A stretch of DNA of 37,309 nt from Trypethelium eluteriae (taxonomy: Eukaryota): the NCBI GenBank assembly GCA_051942245.1, contig JAVECL010000194.1, forward strand, positions 1 to 37,309, written 5' to 3'. The position numbers and the translations under genes are program-made. A model generated the notes under the pieces. It had not been told where the DNA came from and searched no databases. It was given only the letters and a program-made list of their open reading frames with translations. Below are positions 1-9,803 of the stretch, one piece after another (positions within the stretch are counted from its first letter, which is position 1; each line of letters starts with the position of its first letter).

Positions 1-484
1 CCATATTGTAAATATCTTTAAGTTGGATATTGTAGCGCAGCTTTACATCTTCATAACGCGTCAAAAACGCGATAACCTCCTCTTTTGTAGCATATTCAGT
101 CCTCCTAGCTTCTAGCTTGCGACCTACGCGTGTAGCAATATCAGGGTGTCGTGTTAGGTAGGCTGTGACCCAATTCTTGCCTAAAGGTTTTTCGTCACCA
201 TTTATTTGAAGGATTTGAGAGGCCATTTCACGACAATAAGCGTGAGAGGGAGGATATCCGCGCGTATCTTCTTCAAGGATCCAATCTCGCAGGAAGTCCT
301 CTTGATTTGGAGACAATCGCTGTTCATGTTAATGACTTTTCTGGCGTATTTAGTATCCGTGGAGTCGTCTTCTGAGTGTAGTTCGCGGGACGCCGTACGC
401 GTCAGCAGCTGAATTAATAGGTAAAAAAACACCTGCATCAAGATCTGCAGAAGCAGCTGCCATAGCAGCTTCACGGTCGTACAT
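1..484 (-). pseudogene. Pogo/Fot1 transposase, inactivated
   Basis: Two in-frame TAA stops (352-350 and 331-329) lie in an otherwise open frame. Both are compatible with CAA>TAA changes (RIP-type CpA>TpA). Confidence 0.85.
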
Positions 485-539
485 ATTCACGCGCGTTGAG
501 GTAGTTGATTTGGTGGATGAATTAATTGAGTTGGATGCG

Positions 540-597
540 GGGGGTGCGCCACTACTAGGTTGCGCCGGATCTAGGTGGTTTGACTTATCAATAACAG
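540..597 (-). repeat. Candidate left terminal inverted repeat of the transposon
   Basis: The minus strand reads TA|CTGTTATTGATAAGTCAAACCACCTAGATCCGGCGCAACCTAGTAGTGGCGCACCCCC. It starts after a TA and holds two imperfect internal direct repeats (CCTAG....GGCGCA), as in Fot1-type TIRs. The partner TIR is outside the window. Confidence 0.5.
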
Positions 598-1762
598 TAT
601 CGTGATGAAGGGAAGTACTCATGTACCCGACTACATTACCGCCGAGGGGGGCTATTTACCATACATCCACGCGGTCACAATGTGCAAAAGTTATTTTTAA
701 AAGTATATAAACGATTACAACCTTTTACACTTCTGCCTTCGGGCATTTGGTCATATTGTTACGATACAGAGAAGATTAGCATGGCCCCTGCACTAAGGAT
801 GACACGCATAATCAAAGAGAAGCTACCAAATTTTTTGCTGGGTAGTTCTCAAGTTCGATTATCGGTGTTGCAGAACTTTTTTTTTTTTTCCCTTCTTCGC
901 TTTCGCCCATCATCGCCCCTTTGATTTCATTTACACTGCGATCTCATAATTTATTCGGATGGCTCGTATGCTCCGCTTCCTTGGTCTATTACTATACTCA
1001 ACCCTCGCGGCGTTTAATAAAGTACCGAATATGAGATTACTGAAATTCATTCATCTATTGACCCATCTTAGATTAAAGTAGCTCAGCTGATCAAGGAGTC
1101 ATGGAGCTTCATTTTCAGGCATTTGAAGTTCTATACCACAACTCTTGAGATCTTTCTAATTTGTGTATCAGATCAATCAGACAAATTGGCGACGAAATAC
1201 CTGTGGCCGGTTCGAAAGATCACGTGATTCGGGTTTGTCTTCGACGATCAAATCCTGGGCTTCAAATTCTGTTCCTTCGACCGAATCCGGGGGGGTTTTT
1301 TTTTTTTCGTACCTTGTCCTTCTTCACGAAATGTTGACCTTCGCACATAATGCATTCGTCATTTAGGTACAACGATGGCATTCCAGCATTCTTTGGCACA
1401 TTCATCCAGGACCGGCCTCTTTTCCGCTTTCAGTTGTATCGTAAACTGTTGCAAATTCTCCGTACAAAGAAACATTTCCGGCTCCAGTGTGAGACGTTCA
1501 TGTCGTACTAGCCCTATTTTTGAAGATCCTTAGCAATATGAGATGCATAGAGCGGAAAACGCCACAAAGCTGCAAAAAGTTAATGGTCGCTGCCGCAAGC
1601 GGAAGTTCATTCCCAAACCGATACATGAAAGGGAACATCAGGGTGAAACTCTTCTATTTAAGACGGGAGGTTGATGGCATATCTCGTACTTACGATTGGA
1701 TGCTGCAAGACCTGAATCCCCAATCTTTACATCTTCATACACTCCTAATCTCATCCGCCATC

Positions 1763-2999
1763 ATGCCACGAAAATCGGATGTTATCAGAAAATGGTTTGG
1801 TAACAACATTTCTCTTGAGGAAGCTTTCCGCAAATATCATATCTTAGAGACAGATGATGCATACGAAGCACCATTCGAAGATTGTATCAAGACATCTTGG
1901 CCATACTATGCTCCTGCCGATTCCCTCCCAGCTTCTCTGCCTACTATCACAGACATTGAGAAAGTAAGAGGTACAGATAATGACTTAACGAAGCACAAGT
2001 GTGGGCTAGGTGATGGATCTGTATATCGAGTCAACGAAGTTTTTGCTGTAAAGTTCTCTCCCACTAAGACTATGATGCGGGTAAGCCTGAAAAAGTAGTT
2101 TTTACAGCAACAAAAAAAAACAGAGATGCTAAATTATATCCTTTGATCTATAGGAAATGGAGAACATGCTTTTTATAAAAAGAAATCCGAATGTCCGAAT
2201 ACCGAAGCTATTTGCAGCATATACACAACGTGCAGATCCGCTTGGTTATACATCCGATAACCCACCAAGGGGCGGGCCGAGATATACTTTGGATCAATTA
2301 CCTCCTTACCATTTTCTTGTTATGGAATACATCGAAGGTTCCACTCTTCAAGAGAAATGGGAGGAGATGGAACAGGATGATAAGAAGAATGTCTGTATCA
2401 AGCTCGGTGAGCAGCTACGATCGTTACGTTCTATCCCGTCACCAGGCTACTATGGCCGTGCCCATCATCAGCCATTTCTTGAAACAGCAGGCTTCCTCAT
2501 GACAAGAGAACAGGAACCTCTTGGTCCATACGACACTTATGGTGACATGGTCATAGCCATGGCTGACGCCGCTGAGCTTCAGAGTGCACTCGGTACCCTC
2601 GAACCAGAGTGGAGCCCTAAGAAACAATTGATCATCGACCATCTTCGGAACGCATATACAACCTGCGAGTACACTGAGGCAAAATTCACGCACACAGATC
2701 TCAAATTCGACAACATTATGCTTGAGCCTATTATTGCCAGCCAAGAGCATGGAAAGCAAGAGTATAAAGTCGTTATAATTGACTGGACACGCGCCGCATG
2801 GTATCCAGCATGGGTTGAGGCCATGGATGTGCTTAGTCAGAGGCCCGACCGGACGATCAAGTCCTTCGCTGAAGAGCTTCAGCCATTGCCGGACATGGAT
2901 ATATTTCGCTATTACGTTGCACAAGGCTTTGAACCCTTCCCGCACAAAGATGCAGTATATTTCAGTCAGGTCATGGAGGAGCTGTGTATGATTCTATAA
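1763..2999 (+). CDS. APH/choline-kinase-like phosphotransferase (protein-kinase-like fold), 2 exons, ~387 aa
   Basis: Exons 1763-2080 and 2154-2999; the intron GTAAGC...TAG joins them in frame (KTMMR|EMENML). Motifs: FAVK lysine, IPKLF, LVMEYIEG, Brenner motif HTDLKFDNI, IIDW, and AWYPAWVE. Confidence 0.85.
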
Positions 3000-3169
3000 C
3001 AAAGAGGCGGGTAGGAAGACGGTAACAGGCATGGGTCTTTGTATTCTTGATCATCTTAAGATAATGAAAGAACATCTATAGCGTTCCTGGGACAATATCT
3101 ATTAGCTTGTAAGATGTTTCGACATTCTGGAATCATTCCATTACATTGCCCTGTCCCCGCAGACTAACA

Positions 3170-3875
3170 CGAAAGCCGACTATCAGTCTCCTCCTCTCTT
3201 ACTTTCTCTTCTCTTCTGAACCTTCGTCCGCGAAAAGACTAAGCTCATTACTCAGGCTCTCAAAGACTCTTCTCCTCCAGATGTTGAGCGTCTCTAAGGG
3301 GGAAGACCCTTCGGACGGGAAATCTGTGCTCGTACAAGCTACTTCGAATTTGTCACTCTGTGAGGATCGGATCCGCCCGCGCTCCCAAATAAGTCCCGCT
3401 GGTGTTTTTTGCCCTTTCTTGAACTCTTTTGTTCCTTCGTTGAACGAGGTTCTTGACCTCGTCTTTCACTGAGTCTAATCTCGCATCGTCTTCAAGGATC
3501 ATGTCGACGCATACTTTGCAAAAGACGATTGTACACGATCTCTTCTGGTTGGCGTCCTGGTCTCTTCTGCATCCCCTCAAATTTCACGTATACGCATGAG
3601 CTTTCTTCCTTCTGGATCGTAAGAGGCAGTCCGCACCTCTGGCAAAAATTGCGTCGACTATATTGACAATACCCTGAACTGGTGTGTGGCGAATTGGTAT
3701 TTAAGGCATTCGTAGCGGAAGTCTTGATAACACATTGAGCAGAGCAAAGAACCTGTTCTCCCAGGCGAGAATTCCAGGATAATCATAGTGAGCTGATTTA
3801 AGAGGAGCGATTGAGGATATAAGAGAAGATCTCGCGGTGGATCTCCGAGGCCTTAGCTATCCAGAGAAATCCAGA
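3170..3875 (-). pseudogene. Possible decayed F-box-like gene relic
   Basis: Minus-strand fragments in different frames: FLWIAKASEIHREIFSYIL* (~3870-3813) and GSLLCSMCYQDFRYECLKYQFATHQFRVLSI* (~3755-3660). They resemble the two conserved motifs of the gene at 17355. Stops and frameshifts follow; boundaries are approximate. Confidence 0.35.
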
Positions 3876-4281
3876 ATGTCCCACAGCATTCAATAATGAT
3901 CTAGTTGTAAGGGCTAACTTAGTCGGGAGCCTGCTGCCCATGGAAATATCAGACGATGTTTTTATTTCACGTGTCCCCCCTAAGTGGGCCGTGAGATGAT
4001 CGGATATGTCTACCTACGCGATTTCTGCGGTCCGTCACCGTCACAGTGCAGACGCCAATGTCCGACCTTAGAGGTGGCTATACAACACTCAGTGTCATAT
4101 ATTACCCTGGACGCCAGAAATACTCGAAAAACAGCATTGAAGGATTTTCTTCGCTCTCAGATATAGAATCAAAGGAGGTAGAGGTGGAAATGGGGCAAGT
4201 ACCAACAACAATCTCGATTTCAGGCGGTATTCTATGCTGCGCAGTGGGCAGAATGATCCACTCGTTATTGGAGTTCCCCCC

Positions 4282-7200
4282 TCAATTCAGCCCAGCCACC
4301 TTCACAGCTATATATTTACCTGCACTTGAACCTGAACTGGTATTCGGTCCAGCCAACGAGGGAACAAGCGCAACAGGTACACTCACGGACAGCACACCTC
4401 TTGTTGCATCGTAGCTTCCAATAAGTGTGCTGTCAGAAATAGCCTTTTCGTCCTGGTCTTGAAAGGAGAAGCTGACTTGGTGGGCATCAGTTGGAGCGGT
4501 TGATTTGGATGCCCAAATGCCGAGGTAATAAATGGATCCAATGTTGGAAGAGGCATCGTAGCCGTCCCACGGATGGGAAAGGGTGATTAAGCGATAAGAT
4601 GGTGCATGGCTCTATTACCCTTTAGCTAATATATATAAGACGCGGTACAGTCTTCGCACCTGGCTAATTTTAACCTCACGATACTTGCTTTTGGCTTCGT
4701 TAGTACTATCGGCGTCGTTCGGATTGTGAACGTCGGGCTGCTCTCGGTGTTTGTATTGCGGCAGATCCGCTGGAGCACTATCGCGACTGACCCCGTCATC
4801 AAGGTACATCGAATATGACTGTCGAGAGCCAAATCAGCCACCAAAGCCATACTATCGTGTTTGATGACCTACCGTGTCCTTGATGCCGGGATATACGTGT
4901 ATGCAAACGGAGTTTTGATCATTCTCATTGATCGATTGACGGACATCAATCTGTGGGATGATAGCTCCTGTGTATACGTCAGCGACGGACTTACAGAACC
5001 AGGTTGCTCTCTAACCAGCCCTGATGTATATGGGTGTCACGTAGGCAATCTGAGAAGCGTTGTTAACGGCATCCGGTATGCTGCACCCGAATGATAACGT
5101 CGTGCCACCCGAAACCGGCTTCTCGAGCTGAGCAGCATGTTTTAATCCAACAGGGTCATTTCCAAGGCCACCAATATTGACCCGGAGATTTGACGGATAC
5201 CACATGTCGGACCCAGGCAGGTAGATGTCGCGATTAGAAATTCCAGGATTTATCACAGGGCATACCAGAATATTATAACCTAGGAGATACTGATTATCGA
5301 TGTAGTCGTCGTTTGCGTTGAACAAGGAGGTATCATCGGGATCGGTGACAAGCTAGGTTATTTAGAAAAGTTCCACGAATTTCAGACAAGCCATGATGAA
5401 ATATAACATACCATTGCACGAGCAATCGGAAGACCATTGATCAGGTTTGCAAACATAGTATCATAGAGAACTTGTATCAGACTATATCGAAGCTGCACGT
5501 AGTACCGGCAGATTGGCTCGACGGACATGTAAAGACTGTATAGGTTGCTTGGAATCAGATTTCCGAACTTCTCGAATGCATAAGTGTACTGCCAGGGTTC
5601 CTACGCGGAGGTTAGCGTGAAGCGGCTGAGGATGAGCGAGGCTACAACAACAATGGAATGATTACCTGGAAGACTTTGGTATCAAAATGTTGATTGTAAT
5701 GGTTTCGATACCACGGAAGTAAGAATGCACCGCTGTACCAGCGGATCAGAAGTTCGGGGTCACACCAATGCGGTGGAGGCACATTCGACTGTGCCGGATC
5801 GAAGGTAAAACCTCCCATATCAACTCCGGCAATGGTCAGGCCACTATATCCTAGAGCAAGAACTTGAGCAAGAGAGATTCTCCAGAAGTCCCAAGAGCTT
5901 CCATTGTCACCAGTCCAAAGGCCCGCAAAACGGTGCATGCCAGTCAAACTTCCTCGACCAATGATGAAATTACGTCTGTTCTCCCGCCCCTTCAGTTTAT
6001 TGAGCCCATGGTAAGTCGCTTTGTGCAGATTGTAGGAATAGAGACCCCAAAGCTCAATGGCCGTCTTGGTAGGAGTCTGCTTCTTAGGATCCTGATTATA
6101 GGTATCGTCCGACATGAGAATTCGAGAGGGGAATCTAAAATTCATTTTAGTAATACTCTTCAAAGACGCAAAGAACCCCTCAGCCCAACACTTACCCCAG
6201 CATATCGCCGTAGCAGTTCCCTGCTGCTGGCGTAGTCATGTCTTGCCATACAAATTCCAGGCCGTTGTCGAAGAGGTACTGATATTGCTCTCCCCATTTT
6301 TCCCGCGCTACGGCTCGGTTCAGATCCGGATAGTAGCCAGGCTAAATCTTAGTCTCATCTATGAGCTCAGGACAGCGAAGACTTACAGTCCCTAAATTTG
6401 TGCCATAACTAACACCACCGTGGTAAGGGAAACCACTGTTATAATTCCCTTGCTGCTTACTCGGGTCAGGTTCAATGAAGACATAGTTATCACGATATAT
6501 CGTTGCACCAATGTAGTCAGCAAAAGAAGGTCGTTCCCCCAGGTCGTCAGGATTCAAGCTAGTAGCATTCATTTGACCCGGGGTATCATACCTCCAGCAC
6601 AAGGGCTTATTATTGGGAAGCCCATCCAGGTATCTCCTGTCCCCAACAAGCAAACTATAGCCAGTCAGCAACCCCTAACACTGAGAAGATAGTCGACGCT
6701 CACTTTGTGGCCGGATTCGATTTATCTTTCATATCCCAGAAGTTTCGAAGAGCATTGTACGGATCGGAATCGCTTTCGCGAAGAGTCATTATCGGAGTGA
6801 TGTTGGTACAACTCTTCACGCCGCGAGCCTTGAGATTTCTCAAAAAATCTCCAACATTTGGAAAGTTGATGCCGTTGACAGTGAAGGTGCGATAACGGTC
6901 CTAAAGATGTTTAGCTAACACAAGTATGGAAGTTTATGTGTTCGTGTATTCACCTGGAAGTCAACGTCAAGGTGCATGCCATCTAGAGGGATCTGAGACC
7001 GCTGATAGCCATCCACGATACCATTGACAGTGGCACTACTATCGTAGCCATAGCCTAGACAGCAGTTAACCAAAAAGGCAAGCCCTAATTTGGCCACGCT
7101 TGAACGTACATCCTTGATGATGTCCGAGGACAAATCGAGGTTTTAGCTTAGGTCGCCCTACGATTGATGTATATTGCCTAAGAGAGGATTAAAAATTACC

Positions 7201-8533
7201 CACAAATTTCCTCACGGCCTCTTACCAGATCATTCGAGGGACATCATCAGCAGTCATGATGTAAGCATCGAAAGTATTAAACCGAGTTGCTACGCCAATG
7301 GTTTTGGAATTAGTCCTTCCCAAGTCAAAGGCCACTTGAGAATAGTTGTCGACCATCAACCCCGTTACATTACGATAAGAAGGTGTCGCATTCATTTCAA
7401 GGAAGAACGGTGTCGAGTGATATCTGAACTGATTAGACCCAGGGTTGATATACGGAGCAAAGGGGACATCTAGCACGCACAAAGGCTCCCTGGTATCCAA
7501 GGCGCCCTGGCCATACACTTTGGTATAATTGTAATTGTCGTAACCTGTGAGAGTTATTAACAGCGGCGAGGATTAATCTTGTTGTCACTTACAGAAGTAG
7601 TTCATAAATGTCGGCTTCTTCAAGACTGTGCGTCCACCTTGCTCCCCAAAACCAAGATACTCCCCTGAAGGAGGCTTGACGACGTTCATAACGACATTAT
7701 TGATCACATTGATGTTGGGGTCGCCCTGATACGAGAATACTTGGGACGTGGTTTGCCAGACAATCTGCTCTGCCGCGGATACACCACCGACACTAAGTTC
7801 CTTTAAAACTTCGGAGTCGGATGGCATGGGCTGCAAGACTCTCGTAGCCTGGTGATCAGTTAGTACAGTCGCAAGACTTTGAGTAGGCTTGTTACATACA
7901 ATTATGCGAAATGGCGTTCCTAAGATGTGTAGACGAGTATTGACTTTCGGCGACGAGATTCCATCTTCATATTCGACAGACTGCGCATTAATATCAGTAT
8001 TAGTGGAAAACTATAGAAGCATAGCAGAATAACAGCATACGCTAAGGATCCAATGGTCGGGGTCCTTTGTTTGTTCAAAGGTTGTCTTCCACGACCATTT
8101 GTTCCCGGCAGGATAGGAGTTCCATGCTTCTGAGTCGCGGAATTCGTCTTGGAGGTGATCAACGAGATCTGCAAAGCTGTTCATAACAATCACGCGCCTA
8201 TGTTTGTGCAAGTATGAGAATACGAGTTGGTAGATTAGTTGTGCTGCATGATACTAACGAGTTCGCATCTGGATACTGGCTGACGCTCGAGAACTTTGGG
8301 TTATATCGGATTCTCCAAATCTGAGGAGTCACAAACTGAACCAAGCAATGCGTATCTTGATCTCTTCCAGTAGCACCTAGTGTCAAGTGTGCGGCATATC
8401 TAAGTGGATCGGTCTTGTCCACCGAATCGGAGGACTCTACTTTGACTACATGGTTAGGCCGCGCGAAGTTTGGGACAGAGCTGAAGAAGATATCTGCTGG
8501 AATGAAATTTAATGGGTCTGTTGGAATGGACAT
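4282..8533 (-). CDS. Exo-alpha-1,4-glucan lyase (EC 4.2.2.13), glycoside hydrolase family 31; 17 exons, ~1129 aa, no evident signal peptide
   Basis: Exons: 8533-8259, 8197-8041, 7980-7900, 7848-7593, 7544-7481, 7423-7226, 7177-7110, 7054-6954, 6900-6704, 6654-6387, 6341-6196, 6134-5666, 5600-5412, 5352-5016, 4967-4873, 4818-4660, 4611-4282. All introns are GT-AG, 45-65 nt, and the frame is conserved (3390 nt). Nucleophile motif GLEFVWQDMTTP (Asp codon 6242-6240); acid motif AGLWTGDN. Blocks DPLNF, KPTFMNYF, YGQGALDTREPLYHS, YHGGVSYG, LYSYNLHKAT, PELLIRWY and YLDDGVSRDSAP match the Morchella glucan lyase as I recall it. Confidence 0.9.
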
Positions 8534-9803
8534 AATGGACCCAAGGGTACTCCGAAGTGAGCTTCGAGATGGAAGACTGTCTGTCTTTCAACAGGGCCGT
8601 GGTCCATGCTGCCTTAAAGACCAATGAGTCGAGCACCAGGCAAGGAGAGACCCTCACTTGGCGTGGCATTCCGATTCCGATACGCATGTGGCTGCTGTGG
8701 GGTTTTGCAATATGTCGGTCGACTAATTAACATCACGAAGAACGACCCTGGAGACAATGAGTCTAGAGCGTAGGGTACGTACCTAGGTACTCATGCTGCT
8801 ATTCTATTCCCTTACGAAGGCGCTGCAGGTCGACAAGATCGACGGGAGATTGAGTACTCCAGCCATCACTAAACCTAGAGTGGCAACGAGCGAGGTGGGG
8901 TACATTCGCGTGATACGGCGGAACGGTAACATGCAGCCCCTTTGAGAACAACACCCTTCCCGCCAAGCTCCGTAGCTTCCAGGTGGCTAGCTGAATGGTG
9001 TAGGCTGCTCGAACGAGCTGGACGAGTTCTGCTGGCTGCATTAAGGCGTCAACCATCGCCAGCCTGAAAGCCTGGAGGGCCGCCCTGAATGAAATGCTGG
9101 CAGGAATGTGTCAGCACTGATGCGGCGTTCGTCCTTTGTTCATACAATTTCGACTGACATGTTCCGAGGCATTTTAGCTACTGACACACCGCGATAAGCA
9201 ACTGCAACTTGGCTTAATCTGCAATCCTGCAAAAGTGAATGACCTGGGGACGTAGAAGATGAAGGGCGCAGAAGCAGCCAGCCTCATTCCACCGCTCGAA
9301 TGGCGTCAAACTCAAACCGAGTCCCATCAAGGCTTTCCGTACCAAGATAAGGTTCACCGCCGGAAAGAACAGCTTCGGAACACGTTCATTGGTGTCGAAC
9401 ATGGCCCAGACCCTGCTTCAGCTCTTCACAAAAACGTGCATTTGGGCTCCGCATGCAGCTTGCGTCGTATCCGTAAACTCTCCATTATGCATCATTACAG
9501 AAATGCACAAGCAAAGTCACCACCGCCTGGTGCCGTGAATGAAACCAGAGCTATTGTTCAACGAGCCAGTAGGAGTGAGCATTTCCATGGGGGCACATTC
9601 CTTGGTACTGCAAGCCATGAGCTGCGGCGCGCATCCATCGATCTAGATCATCATCGACGTGAGTGCAGATATGGTATTGACTTCTCTTATCTTTAGCATT
9701 ATCCATATCTCATATCGTCTATTTCTCCTTTGTCCTGTCTGGAAAGTCGAAAGGTAGAATCATTGGGAATCTGTTTTCCAGTAGTAGTTTGAGACTGTTC
9801 ACC
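8534..9803. promoter_or_regulatory. Divergent (shared) promoter region between the glucan lyase and the laccase
   Basis: Head-to-head start codons lie 1270 bp apart. SYGGRG (CreA/Mig1-type) hexamers occur at 8697, 8748, 8857 (reverse), 8895, 9072 and 9244. Confidence 0.5.

Larger units (their letters stand above)
1..597 (-). mobile_element. Fot1/pogo-family (Tc1/mariner superfamily) DNA transposon, left end; runs off the window start
   Basis: The minus strand from ATG 484 reads MYDREAAMAAASADLDAGVFLPINSAADAYGVPRTTLRRRLHGY*IRQKSH*HEQRLSPNQEDFLRDWILEEDTRGYPPSHAYCREMASQILQINGDEKPLGKNWVTAYLTRHPDIATRVGRKLEARR...IQLKDIYNM. This is a psq-type HTH, then a CENP-B-type HTH, then the lead-in to the 'YNMDETG' DDE motif. 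A candidate TIR starts after TA at 599-598. Confidence 0.9.

Noticed and set aside
877..1307. Poly-T and G/T homopolymer runs
   Set aside because: Simple low-complexity tracts with no associated element structure.
1763..2999. APH kinase as the split partner of the ACAD11-like gene
   Set aside because: It lies 20 kb away, has no PTS1, and lacks the motifs I recall for ACAD10/11-type kinases (e.g. GQSNPT, HGDY/F). It looks like a different fungal APH family.
4282..8533. Recent horizontal transfer of the lyase from bacteria
   Set aside because: The gene has sixteen canonical spliceosomal introns and resembles the fungal enzymes. Fungus-to-fungus transfer cannot be judged without a phylogeny.
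9259..9696. 145-aa ORF and other short ORFs in the lyase-laccase intergenic region
   Set aside because: No recognisable motif or splice-supported model; probably chance ORFs.
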